60,052 nt of DNA from Euryarchaeota archaeon UBA602 (GTDB taxonomy: Archaea; Thermoplasmatota; Poseidoniia; Poseidoniales; Thalassarchaeaceae): the NCBI GenBank assembly GCA_002498455.1, contig DAHO01000045.1:7777-67828 (forward strand), in the 5' to 3' direction. The translations under genes and the position numbers were made by a program. Within the stretch, counting starts at the first letter, position 1; every line of letters begins with the position of its first letter. This document shows, one piece after another, positions 17,067 through 27,130 of the stretch. The notes under the pieces were generated by a model. The model saw only the letters and a list, made by a program, of their open reading frames with translations, was not told the origin of the DNA and did no database searches.

Positions 17067-20000
17067 TCACTCCTGTTCCTCAACTTCAGGAACTTCGGCA
17101 GATGTCTCCAAATCACCTTCATCTTCAGATTCTTCAGCTTCAACCGAAGCATCGACTTGTCGTTGCCATTCATTGCGTTCTTCCATGTCTTCTTTGTCAT
17201 CTGCTGCTCGTTCTGCAAGTGAGGACAGGGTTTGATCGTCACCCGCGTTTTCAATGACATCTCCAGAATCATCCTCGGGGGCGACTGTGACACCATCGAG
17301 AATTGAACCACCCAAACTGGCAGGTGCAGGCAGTTCATCAGGTACTGATTCCATCTTTGATGGGTCAGGTAGATCCTTGGTTAACTCTGCCTTTTTGTTC
17401 AGAGTATCCATTGCAGCCTCAAGTTCAGCCTCAGCGGCTTCTCCAATTTCGAGTGCCTGCTCTCGGTCGAAGTCTGTAATGCGTCGACTACAGCCGTCAC
17501 CTGCATGCGTGATACCAATGTGGTGGTCTGCGAGTTGTAGACTGACCTTACGTAGCGTGACCATGATGAATTGTGCCCGTTGACTTCGCAGGCGGCAAAG
17601 TCTCGCAATGTGTTCTGCGTTGTACGCATCAAGATTTTGATCAACCTCATCGAAGTAGTAGAATGGACTGGGTTCGTAGTCTTGAATGGCGAAAATAAGG
17701 GCGAGGGCTGCCATTGATTTCTCTCCACCAGATAGTAAGCTCAGTTTGCTCTTACTGGATTTTCCACGTGGCTGACACCACATTTCCAATCCACCAGAGA
17801 ATGGGTCTTTCGGATTCTCGAGTCGCAACTCTGCGTTTCCACCATCTGAAAGACGCTGGTAGACCCGCTTGAAATTCTCTGAGACTATCGACAGTACCGT
17901 GGTCAATCTTGACTTACGCTCTCCTTCGAGTTTATCCGTCAATTCGATGAGATCGACACGACGCTTTCGCAAGACATTCGCGTCATCTGCAATGCGGCTT
18001 AAGCGATCCTCGGCTTCATCATACTGCTCTATAGAGAGCATGTTTACGTCGCCTAGATTTGCAATCTTTTTCTCAATATTGCGGACGCCGGACTCTGCAT
18101 CACCAACGCTGGGCAAATCAATATCTTCGGCTAGTGGCTCTAGATTTTGACTGGCCATTTCTTGAGTGAGTTCTTCCAAAAGTCGATGTTTACTTTCGAT
18201 TTCTTGTGACAACTCATCACACCGATTTCGCAGTGACTCTCGCTTTGCACTACTCTGCTCCAAAGCGGCTTTAATTCCAGCACGATCTTCTCTCAGAGAT
18301 TTGGAACGTTCGTTCAACTCACGGTGCTCTTCAGCCACTTGCTCATGAGCCACGCTCACCGTCGACAATTCACCGCTTAGAGATTCAATCTCCTTATTGA
18401 GCTCTTCAATTCGAAGTTGAGCCTTCTCTAGGATGGTTGTTTGTTCAGCAATTCGTCGTTCTATTTCATTGACATTTTGTTGAAGCAACTGAGAATTCGC
18501 ATTTCCGGTAGCCAACTGCCCCTCTGCGTCAATCTTGGCCTTCATCGCGGCTGCACGCAATTCATCACTGGCGCGTAAGCGCTCCGACAAGTGTTCAGGT
18601 GATGAGGAAAGTAGGTTGTCGGATGCGGTTTGTCGTGCTGTGACTGCGACCTCATAGGATTGAGTGGCTTCATTCGCACGATCTTGCACCTTCTTGTGTA
18701 CATTCTTAGCTTCAATCAATTGTGCATTGCAAACTTTGACCTTGTCCTCAGCAGATTCGAAAGCCGTATTCGCTCGCTTCATGTCCTCTTGCCATGCACG
18801 CAATTGAAGGCTGGAATCATCACTGCCGAGTGCATTAAGTCGCTCACGCATACGATGCTGATTTTGTCGTGACTCTGCCAGTGCTGCGTTGACAGTATTG
18901 GAGAGTAATTCCAAACGACTCAACTCAGTTTCGGCCTGTTGAACAGCATTCATTCCCGCAATGTTGCCGCCAAACTGAGGGCGGCGACCACGGACGGCAC
19001 CACCTACCATGGCCCCACTGGCTTCAGTAATGCTGCCATCAAGGGTGACCATTCTGACGCCACCCATGTGGCGTCGAGCCGTACCCATGTCGCGAACAAT
19101 TAGCGTATCCCGAACGGCATGCTTGACCGCGGATTCGATAGACTCATCATAGTCCAACAAGTCGAAAGCAAAACCAACCACTCCATCCTGTCGTGCAGTC
19201 ATGACGGCCTTTCCACCGGGTCTCCGCACGGTTAGTTTGTTCAGTGGTAGGAAAGTAGCTCGGCCTGCACGGTTGTCACGCAACCACTTGATACAAGATG
19301 CTGCAGTCTCATCATCTCGAACGATGATGCTGTTCATCCCACCTCCAAGGGCGAAAGCCAGGGCTTCTTCGTGTTCACCATCTTTTGGAGCACACAATTG
19401 ACCCAATGGACCCAAGATTCCAGATACTTCACCTGAGTCTTTCAGTGACATCACAGATGCAACTGCTTGAGCTAAACCCGCCTTGGAACCCGATCTGTTT
19501 TCCATCTCACCTTGGGCCCGAGCAAGAGAGCGTTCTGCTTCGCGGACTTTCCGTTCGATGCCTTCGAACTCATCCATGAGGCTGCGCTCTTCGCGTTGGA
19601 GACGGGTGATTTCCTCTGCCAACTCAGTCCGATCAGTCTTTTCCTCACCGGATTGGAGATCTTCACCGACCAATTGGAGATCGTCCCTGTTCAAACGGGC
19701 ATCTGAAAGGGCTTCTTCAAGTTCAGCAAGTCGTTCTTCAGTCATGGTGACTTGATTCAATGCTCGATCTGCTTCAAGGGCAGCAGCGACACGTGATTCG
19801 TCGGCTTTAGTCACTGCTTCAGTGGCTTTGCCAAAGGCTCGGTTCAAATCATGAGTAGCACGATCTCCACCTGCAATGGCCTCTCTTGCAGCTTTTTCTT
19901 CTGCTTCTGCTGATTCCATGTCTTGATCTGCTTTGACAAGTGCTTGTTTAGCATGTTCCAAACTTCGTTGATGCGCCTCAAGCGCTTCTTGGGCATTGGA

Positions 20001-21026
20001 TTGCTCGCTCTTTAGGACCTGAATTTCATCTTCGGCTTCTTCGATGGTCGACTCGGAGTCGGAAATACGATCTTTTCGGGTTTCAACATCGACCTGTAAT
20101 TTCCTTAGGCGCTCCCCGAGTGCCTTGCCGTCGTCACCGAGTACCGAATTCAATTGACGCTCTATATCGGCAATTTCGTCATCTAACTCGAGTAATTCTT
20201 CACTGGTTTCACGAATGGATGTGGACAACTCCTCGATTCTTGTCAAGTACCCTGCCCGTTCATCGGCAATCATCTGAATATCATTCAAACGCGAACGGTG
20301 ACGAGCATGAATTGCTGTGATTCTTGCATTTTCCAAAGCATCGGCCAAATTTCGATACTTCATCGCCTGCTCTCTCTCTTTACTGAGGGTTTTGAGACGT
20401 GTTTTGAGTTCATCTTCGAGTAATGCGATTCTTTCAAGATATTCTTCAGCCTTCTTTCGTTGGCGATCTGCTCGCTTGATTTCATCATCATATGCGGTTA
20501 CACCTGCAACGTCGTCCAACACCTTTCGACGTTCACGACTGGACATGGTCGCAAGGTGCGTTACGTCACCCTGTAGGACAATGTTGTATCCATCGCCACG
20601 AGCGCCCGCCTCTGTCAGGATTCTGCGGAATTCTGAACTCGTTGATGAACGCTCATTGAGATAATATGCGGTAACTGAGTCGTTTTTCCGATTCAGTTTC
20701 ACTGTCCGGGTGAATCGGACCTCATCTGCATCGACTCTCAATCTGCGTTGCCCATCATCGCCTTTTGGATTGTCAAATACCAATGTAGCTGTGCAAGAAC
20801 GGGCGGGTTTGTCCTTCTTCCCTCCATTGAAAATTAGATCTTTGACGTTCTGAGCCCGTAGGCTCTTTGCACTCCGTGGTCCAAGAACGAATTGTATGGC
20901 GTCACCACAGTTGCTTTTCCCACTACCATTGGGACCAGTAATTGCCGTAAAACCCTCTTGGTATGGGATGACAACCTCCCCTTTGAACGACTTGAAATTC
21001 TCCAATTCTATCGCTTTTAGAAACAT
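17067..21026 (-). CDS. smc: Chromosome segregation ATPase SMC
   Basis: MFLKAIELENFKSFKG..ITGPNGSGKSN (Walker A), long coiled coils, a hinge (GILGPLGQL..), the signature LSGGEKSMAALAL and Walker B FYYFDEVDQNLD. The ATG at 21026 is preferred over the ORF start at 21107. Confidence 0.95.
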   Translation of the reverse strand: MFLKAIELENFKSFKGEVVIPYQEGFTAITGPNGSGKSNCGDAIQFVLGPRSAKSLRAQNVKDLIFNGGKKDKPARSCTATLVFDNPKGDDGQRRLRVDADEVRFTRTVKLNRKNDSVTAYYLNERSSTSSEFRRILTEAGARGDGYNIVLQGDVTHLATMSSRERRKVLDDVAGVTAYDDEIKRADRQRKKAEEYLERIALLEDELKTRLKTLSKEREQAMKYRNLADALENARITAIHARHRSRLNDIQMIADERAGYLTRIEELSTSIRETSEELLELDDEIADIERQLNSVLGDDGKALGERLRKLQVDVETRKDRISDSESTIEEAEDEIQVLKSEQSNAQEALEAHQRSLEHAKQALVKADQDMESAEAEEKAAREAIAGGDRATHDLNRAFGKATEAVTKADESRVAAALEADRALNQVTMTEERLAELEEALSDARLNRDDLQLVGEDLQSGEEKTDRTELAEEITRLQREERSLMDEFEGIERKVREAERSLARAQGEMENRSGSKAGLAQAVASVMSLKDSGEVSGILGPLGQLCAPKDGEHEEALAFALGGGMNSIIVRDDETAASCIKWLRDNRAGRATFLPLNKLTVRRPGGKAVMTARQDGVVGFAFDLLDYDESIESAVKHAVRDTLIVRDMGTARRHMGGVRMVTLDGSITEASGAMVGGAVRGRRPQFGGNIAGMNAVQQAETELSRLELLSNTVNAALAESRQNQHRMRERLNALGSDDSSLQLRAWQEDMKRANTAFESAEDKVKVCNAQLIEAKNVHKKVQDRANEATQSYEVAVTARQTASDNLLSSSPEHLSERLRASDELRAAAMKAKIDAEGQLATGNANSQLLQQNVNEIERRIAEQTTILEKAQLRIEELNKEIESLSGELSTVSVAHEQVAEEHRELNERSKSLREDRAGIKAALEQSSAKRESLRNRCDELSQEIESKHRLLEELTQEMASQNLEPLAEDIDLPSVGDAESGVRNIEKKIANLGDVNMLSIEQYDEAEDRLSRIADDANVLRKRRVDLIELTDKLEGERKSRLTTVLSIVSENFKRVYQRLSDGGNAELRLENPKDPFSGGLEMWCQPRGKSSKSKLSLLSGGEKSMAALALIFAIQDYEPSPFYYFDEVDQNLDAYNAEHIARLCRLRSQRAQFIMVTLRKVSLQLADHHIGITHAGDGCSRRITDFDREQALEIGEAAEAELEAAMDTLNKKAELTKDLPDPSKMESVPDELPAPASLGGSILDGVTVAPEDDSGDVIENAGDDQTLSSLAERAADDKEDMEERNEWQRQVDASVEAEESEDEGDLETSAEVPEVEEQE

Positions 21027-21160
21027 ATTATTCCCCCAATTTGTATCCCAAGGACACACGCCGGCTAGCGTCGATGTTTCAACGACTATAAACAACACGC
21101 CTCGCATACGCGAAGAAAGAGTGATTTTTACCGACAGAATGGGGCGCCATCAGACTGTTT

Positions 21161-21934
21161 TCATCCCAGAGAGCCGGTATTACCGCATTGCCCACAACCT
21201 TCACCGTTGCAATAGTGACAGGTGCGACCTAAACTTCCACCCCAATCATCACCAGTACTGACCTGGAAAGGGTCCTCAAATGCATCAAGCATTAGTGCCC
21301 GCCGAAGTTGTCCGACTGAGAAGTCGCCAGGGAGGTGACGCTCAGCAGGACCCAAAAATCGTCGAGTGCCCGAATCTGATATTGCACGTGAGCCGGAGCG
21401 TTGACCCCGCCGACGCATGGAGCCCCCCACCAAAGAAATGATCAATGCGATTGTAAGCAAAATGAGTGAGACTCCATTTGGGAACGGGAAGCCGAGAATT
21501 TCTCCGGCGTCCATGGGTTGTCCATTGTCCGTCAACATCCCAAAGAAATCTGCAATTCCAACTAGGGCGACGAGAAGGCCAATCCGTTGCAAGTTACGCC
21601 CCTGGCGTTCCGCTCGACTCTTGCGTCGGTTTGAAGCGAACAGTGCCCGCAATGCCCTCCATGATAGCAAGGCACCTGTTGTGAGAAGAATGGCATCGAT
21701 GGGCTCCCATGTTCCAAGAGGTTGGAGACAATCTGAAATCCCAACTGCATTGATGTCTGCACGTATGGTTGCTTCACTGCATGACCCACTAAACACCATT
21801 GTCAGGACCAATTTATGCATCTCGCCGCTACCCATTTGGTAAAATCCAATGTGTAAATTCCACAACGTCAGTACGGAGAGAAGCAGGCCGACCGCAAGTT
21901 TTGCCACATGCATGGTTCGACCCATTGATATCAT
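21161..21934 (-). CDS. Membrane protein with a C-terminal DnaJ-type double CxxCxGxG zinc-finger tail
   Basis: About 4 hydrophobic segments, and the C-terminus is CHYCNGEGCGQCGNTG. The start is placed at ATG 21934 (or 21925/21913) because the longer ORF overlaps nadB on the opposite strand. Confidence 0.5.
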   Translation of the reverse strand: MISMGRTMHVAKLAVGLLLSVLTLWNLHIGFYQMGSGEMHKLVLTMVFSGSCSEATIRADINAVGISDCLQPLGTWEPIDAILLTTGALLSWRALRALFASNRRKSRAERQGRNLQRIGLLVALVGIADFFGMLTDNGQPMDAGEILGFPFPNGVSLILLTIALIISLVGGSMRRRGQRSGSRAISDSGTRRFLGPAERHLPGDFSVGQLRRALMLDAFEDPFQVSTGDDWGGSLGRTCHYCNGEGCGQCGNTGSLG

Positions 21935-22031
21935 TGTATACCGGGCGAGTATTATGACTATCGCCGGGTGCCCCCGGGAAGGACAACGTTGAATGCAAGA
22001 ATGCTGACCACGGAGTACGGGAGATGAGTTT

Positions 22032-23615
22032 GTGGCAGATGTGGTTGTCATCGGTTCAGGCATTGCCGGTTTATTCGTCGCCACTCGCTGCGCTCGTGCA
22101 GGACTTGACACCATGGTCGTGACCAAGAAAAATCTCTCCGACTCATCGACGAACTGGGCCCAAGGGGGCATCGCTGCGGCCATGGAGAATCACGATTTGC
22201 AGTCACATATTGACGACACCATTCGGGCTGGCTGTGGACTCAGCAACCCGGAAATCGTTGAGATGGTGGTCCGAGAATCCGCCCAACGGATTGAGGATTT
22301 GATCACATCGGGTGTACAATTTGATACGGACGAAAGTGGATTTGATCTGGCCATGGAAGGTGGCCATTCCAATCGGAGAATTCTGCATGCCAAGGATGCA
22401 ACGGGGGCTGAAATCGAACGAGCATTGATTGTTGAAGCAAAAGCATCGGACAATCTTGAATTGCTAGAAGACCACATGGCAGTCGATTTGATTCTTCAGG
22501 ATAAGTCTGCTGAAATCAAAGAAATCTCAGGGATTTGGGTCCTTTCTCCTAATGGAGAAGTTCAGACGATTCCAACTAGAGCCATCATCATCGCTACCGG
22601 AGGAGCAGGACACATCTACAGGCAGACTACGAATCCATCGGTCGCCACAGGAGATGGAATCGCCATGGCCCATCGAGCGGGTGCCTTGGTTCGAGATTTG
22701 GAATTTGTACAGTTCCACCCAACCGCTCTCGCAATGATGGGAGAGAGGCCCTTTCTGATTACGGAGGCATTGCGCGGTCATGGAGCTGTGCTGATGAACA
22801 ATGAGAACCTGCAAGATTGGAAGCTCAAAGGTGGCGACCCCGCTTCATTCTCGTTCATGCTCAACTACGATTCAAGAGGGTCATTGGCCACAAGAGACAT
22901 TGTTGCAAGAGCTGCGGATCAAGAAATGAAACGTACAGGAGACAATTGTGTCTGGTTGGTCACTTCACACCTCAAAAGTATCGACCTCAAGCAAAGATTC
23001 CCAACCATCCAATCACGGCTGGATAAGCACGGATTGGAATTGGGTGTTGAGCCCTTGCCGGTTGCCCCTGCTGCCCACTACATGGTGGGTGGAATTTCTG
23101 TCGACAAAAACGGCTTAGCACAACAGTGTCCATCTTGTTCAAATCCACTGCCCTTCCGGGGTCTATATGCGATTGGAGAAGTCGCATGTACGGGATTGCA
23201 TGGAGCCAATCGACTGGCATCAAATAGTCTGTTGGAAGCCGTCGTTTTCTCGAACAGATGTGCCGAGCACGTCATTGCAAACCTGAAACCCGAATCGAAT
23301 GAAGAATTACCGATATGGAGGGCCGATGGTTTGTCGAATTTGGTTGAACATTCCCCTCTACGAAGTGACCGTATTGCTCTGCAATCAACCATGACTGATG
23401 ATGTGGGCTTAGTCAAACGAAACGTACGCCTACAGCGAGCTCAAAGAAGATTGGAATTTTTACGACAAGAAGTTGATCATATTTGGAGGGGGAGTTTGCC
23501 CACGCGGGAAGTCATTGAGTTGCGAAACATGATTCACGTCTCGAGGTTGGTAACTGCAGCTGCAATCGGACGCAAAACCAATGTTGGACTCCACCACAAT
23601 CTTGACCACGATTAG
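22032..23615 (+). CDS. nadB: L-aspartate oxidase
   Basis: FAD-binding VVVIGSGIAGL, then NWAQGGIAA, HPTAL and GLYAIGEVACTGLHGANRLASNSLLE. GTG start. Confidence 0.9.
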   Translation: MADVVVIGSGIAGLFVATRCARAGLDTMVVTKKNLSDSSTNWAQGGIAAAMENHDLQSHIDDTIRAGCGLSNPEIVEMVVRESAQRIEDLITSGVQFDTDESGFDLAMEGGHSNRRILHAKDATGAEIERALIVEAKASDNLELLEDHMAVDLILQDKSAEIKEISGIWVLSPNGEVQTIPTRAIIIATGGAGHIYRQTTNPSVATGDGIAMAHRAGALVRDLEFVQFHPTALAMMGERPFLITEALRGHGAVLMNNENLQDWKLKGGDPASFSFMLNYDSRGSLATRDIVARAADQEMKRTGDNCVWLVTSHLKSIDLKQRFPTIQSRLDKHGLELGVEPLPVAPAAHYMVGGISVDKNGLAQQCPSCSNPLPFRGLYAIGEVACTGLHGANRLASNSLLEAVVFSNRCAEHVIANLKPESNEELPIWRADGLSNLVEHSPLRSDRIALQSTMTDDVGLVKRNVRLQRAQRRLEFLRQEVDHIWRGSLPTREVIELRNMIHVSRLVTAAAIGRKTNVGLHHNLDHD

Positions 23616-24571
23616 CTGCGTGTACTTTGCTCAATTCCCTTAACTAGAGCATGCAAAGTTTGGTTTCGAGGCGTGGGTATGCCGAGTGATTCCCCTCGCT
23701 TCACAACCTCACCACAAATCGAATCAATCTCGGTTTGCCGTCCTGCCATAATGTCTTGCAACATACTGACTCTGTTGTCTGCTGTGGCTCGACAAAGATC
23801 TTCCAGTCCTTGTGCAAGATCGAAATCACTGAGATCTATGCCCTCAGCGGTCGCGATTCTCGCTGCCTCTTCCATGGCTGCCAAACCAGTTTCAAAGAGT
23901 TCAGGGTGGAACAACATCTCACCATTCAATATTCCTGAAATTGCACAAACAGGGTTAATCGCGACATTGAGCAGAAGTTTTGTCCAAATCGTTTTGGCAA
24001 TATCTTCGCTCCAAATCGGTTGTAAACCTGCCTCATCTAATGCCGAGATAAAACTGTCAACACGGGGTTCAACCGGTTCTAAGTCACTGTTGATAAATGC
24101 CCCTAGTTTGATTGTACCACGACTGGTCCACTTCACCTCACCGGGGCCAATCCGAATCGCTCCATGTGTGGTAGATGCCCCCAAAACACGGTGTTTCCCG
24201 ATGAAATTGGCCAATTTTTCCATGTGTCCTATTCCATTAGAAAGACATAGGCCGATTCCATTGAGAGACAGTACCGAATCGGCAATCTTGCATAGATTTG
24301 GCAAATCGTAACTCTTCCCACACAGGATGGCATAATCCGCCCAACCTTGGATTTCTACCGGGATTTCAGTTTGATTGGTATCGAATACAGTCCATCGATC
24401 GGGAGCAAGCGCAATGGTACGACCATCCGGGGTATCCAGCAGTAATCCCACCGCATCGAGCGCTTGGGCAGTTTCCCCCCGCGCACAGAGCAAGACTTCG
24501 CAACCCGAACGAGCCAACCGAGATGCAATGAGCCCTCCAATAGAACCCACACCGAGAACGGCGACTCGCAT
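23612..24571 (-). CDS. panE: 2-dehydropantoate 2-reductase (ketopantoate reductase family)
   Basis: MRVAVLGVGSIGGLIASRL Rossmann motif and the ApbA/PanE C-terminal pattern (MLQDI..GRQTEID). Its ATG shares 1 nt with the upstream stop (TGATG). Confidence 0.8.
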   Translation of the reverse strand: MRVAVLGVGSIGGLIASRLARSGCEVLLCARGETAQALDAVGLLLDTPDGRTIALAPDRWTVFDTNQTEIPVEIQGWADYAILCGKSYDLPNLCKIADSVLSLNGIGLCLSNGIGHMEKLANFIGKHRVLGASTTHGAIRIGPGEVKWTSRGTIKLGAFINSDLEPVEPRVDSFISALDEAGLQPIWSEDIAKTIWTKLLLNVAINPVCAISGILNGEMLFHPELFETGLAAMEEAARIATAEGIDLSDFDLAQGLEDLCRATADNRVSMLQDIMAGRQTEIDSICGEVVKRGESLGIPTPRNQTLHALVKGIEQSTRS

Positions 24572-27078
24572 CAGGTCTGCCCTCCTGGGCAACCGCTAGG
24601 GTTTATGCAGTGAGAAATCAGGTGTAGAATCCATTCTTCTGTCGTTGGTTCCACCCATACAATTTGAACTACATCGTTGTCATTCGTATGGTTGAATTCT
24701 GGAAGTGATTCGCCCGATAATAGAGTGAAGTCCGAAATACCCCAGTCATGATCCGTACCGAAATCAGTGGTTTCAACACGAATTTCTATGCTTGAGTTAC
24801 CACGATTGACTCCCTGATGTAGAATGCCATTGGATGGAACCAAAGTTGCTGTCCATGCGGTTTGATGGTTTGAACATGCGATAAGATGGCCATAATCTGG
24901 TAACAACACGGTTCCATTGATTCGATTTTCTGGTAAGGTCATTTCAGGAATTTCAGACATGTTTAGTTCCCATGAACCATTGTCATCGGTTGGGATTGAC
25001 ATTTCAACCCTAGACAATGGACAATGAGTAGATTCAGATGTTTCTTCAAACCACATCAGGTATTCAGCGCTTAGGGACGGGTCGACCATAGAGAAAGCAT
25101 TCGACAAAGTGGTTGCCGGCCAATATCCGCCTGGTAGGTGAAGGTCCGATTCAAGTGTGACCTCTGAACGGTACACTGAACCATCATCTAGTGTAGTTAC
25201 CAAATGGGTTTGGATCTCATCACTTCGCAGCAGATGATGTGTGCCAAAGACACCATCAATGCAGATGGTTGAATTTTCACCTGCCGGTAGAGATAGATGT
25301 GGGCTCGAATCAAACGTGAACAATCCAACAGGGATTGATTCAATACTGATATTACCGGGAAGTTCAGAGTGCCCTGTCATATTTACACAATACTGAGGGG
25401 TGTCAGAATCACCATCCCAAATCCAACTCATTTCAGTGGGAATCGGAGTACTTTGATATGAAAAATTCACTTGATGCGAGCGCGTATCCAACTGTTCCAG
25501 CCAATAGATTTCCAGACTAAACAAATCGGCCCTAATCACCGATGGTTGATCTTCATTTTGCGATTGTAATGTGAACTTCAGTGACTGTTCGCTAAGTGGC
25601 CCAATATCATCGAATTGACACTCAATTTCTGCAAAATACACAATTTCGCCGCATTCTTCGGAAATCGACAACAAATTGACATCATCCCATGAACCACTGA
25701 TGCTGAACTCAAACTCAATGTCGATGTCCATGACTCCGAGGGTGTTCAATGGGAGTTCAATTGTGTTGATTTCATCGTTCACAAAAATGAATTCTGAGGG
25801 CCATTCTGAGGTGTCCAATCCGGCATCCCAATCGTCCAACTCTTGAACTGGCAATAACCCAGGAAATCCTAGTAACAAAGTGGCAACAAGTACAATGGAA
25901 AAAGCATTCTTCGAGCGGTCTGAAAACTCCTTTGCTTCATTGAGAATAAAGGGGATGGCGCTTGCTTCAGGGCTAAATCTACGCCAAGCACCCAAGGCAA
26001 CCAGCATCAGCCATGGCCAAAATCCACCATTGAATACGATGTATATTCCAGCAACCAAGATACCGACAAACAACCATGTCTGAGTCCCTCCTTCTTCCAT
26101 TTCACCGGGACTCAACAAGGCAGATAGCAAACGATCACCAGGAAATCCAGGCAAAGGGAGCAATAGAATCCAGCCCATTGTATTGAGAGTGATTCCTGCC
26201 AATCCCAAGGGATGTAGCCATGAAGAACGGAGACTGAGCTCTTCCGCTGGAATGTAGAGACTCAACAGCAATTCAGGAAGGACTGAAGCAGATACTGAAA
26301 TTGGAGATTCGCCAAAACTCGGAGAGGAATTGCTGGTCAAAACGAAACCAAGTACGGTTAGGATCATTCCTGAGATGATCATGATCAGGGGTGCAATGAT
26401 GGAGACTAATGCCAATGATTTCCGATCTTTGAATGAGAGAAGTTCCAATCGACGCTGGCTGGTAAATCCAATCACCCCAAATGGCCAAATGGGTACGGTC
26501 GGCGTCATCAAAAAGGGAACTGCAAGAGGAATGTGGTGACCCAAATCAACTCCTGCTTTCAACGCAAATCTGCGACGAATTTCACTTCCAATTCCCATCA
26601 CCAATGCGATGGGAAGGGCAAACCAGCAAAACGAATGAGAGAGTAAATCGGGATCTGTCAATTTGGGTCCAGGATCTTGATGCTGAAGCCAAGCCACCCC
26701 CGCCAGGGTCAAGAATGAGGTGAATATCAGCCAAACAGCAGCCATTTGTCCCACTGAAAGACCTGGTTCACGACCAAGCAACTTCGGCCTGATGACCAAA
26801 TCAAACGGCTTTCCATCCTGCAAGGTGGCAAACCAAGACAATCGATTGAGATGTTTATTCAGCTGACTGAGGGCTTTTTCTGAATCCAAATCTTGACCTT
26901 TGAGACTTACTCGCCAACCGATCTCAACATCATCCATATCTTCGATAATGTGAAACCAGCGTGAAACAATTCGCTCAATCAAATCGCGATGGGACCACAA
27001 ATCGGCATCGATTTTCAGCGGTTTAATCGCTTCAGACTCGGCCATGGCCCCACCTCTAGTAAGACTGCGAATCATCAA
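24571..27078 (-). CDS. M50 (site-2 protease)-like polytopic membrane protein with a degenerate active site and a large C-terminal extracytoplasmic domain
   Basis: 835 aa. The segment GSEIRRRFALKAGVDLGHHIPLAVPFL..WPFGVIG aligns by eye to the M50 pattern HELGHxxxAxxxGVxxxxPxFIP..GTFGAxI. LLLPLPGFPGDRLL aligns to NLLPxxxLDGG. About 400 aa with no recognisable motifs follow. Confidence 0.6.
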   Translation of the reverse strand: MMIRSLTRGGAMAESEAIKPLKIDADLWSHRDLIERIVSRWFHIIEDMDDVEIGWRVSLKGQDLDSEKALSQLNKHLNRLSWFATLQDGKPFDLVIRPKLLGREPGLSVGQMAAVWLIFTSFLTLAGVAWLQHQDPGPKLTDPDLLSHSFCWFALPIALVMGIGSEIRRRFALKAGVDLGHHIPLAVPFLMTPTVPIWPFGVIGFTSQRRLELLSFKDRKSLALVSIIAPLIMIISGMILTVLGFVLTSNSSPSFGESPISVSASVLPELLLSLYIPAEELSLRSSWLHPLGLAGITLNTMGWILLLPLPGFPGDRLLSALLSPGEMEEGGTQTWLFVGILVAGIYIVFNGGFWPWLMLVALGAWRRFSPEASAIPFILNEAKEFSDRSKNAFSIVLVATLLLGFPGLLPVQELDDWDAGLDTSEWPSEFIFVNDEINTIELPLNTLGVMDIDIEFEFSISGSWDDVNLLSISEECGEIVYFAEIECQFDDIGPLSEQSLKFTLQSQNEDQPSVIRADLFSLEIYWLEQLDTRSHQVNFSYQSTPIPTEMSWIWDGDSDTPQYCVNMTGHSELPGNISIESIPVGLFTFDSSPHLSLPAGENSTICIDGVFGTHHLLRSDEIQTHLVTTLDDGSVYRSEVTLESDLHLPGGYWPATTLSNAFSMVDPSLSAEYLMWFEETSESTHCPLSRVEMSIPTDDNGSWELNMSEIPEMTLPENRINGTVLLPDYGHLIACSNHQTAWTATLVPSNGILHQGVNRGNSSIEIRVETTDFGTDHDWGISDFTLLSGESLPEFNHTNDNDVVQIVWVEPTTEEWILHLISHCINPSGCPGGQT

Positions 27079-27130
27079 CCGATATATGACCCACGGCGAC
27101 CTGAAGTCGCAACCATCGGTAAAACTTCGA

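Noticed and set aside
21027-21107. 27-codon 5' extension of smc
   Set aside because: SMC proteins start directly with M-x-L/I-K-x-I/L-E-L-x-N-F-K-S, which here is MFLKAIELENFKSF at ATG 21026.
21935-22183. 83-codon 5' extension of the membrane/zinc-finger ORF
   Set aside because: It would overlap the start of nadB on the opposite strand by about 150 nt, and it is Pro/Ala/Thr-rich. The hydrophobic protein body starts after ATG 21934.
23673-24311. 212-aa plus-strand ORF
   Set aside because: It is antisense to the panE-like gene and has Ser/Ala/Pro-rich shadow-frame composition.
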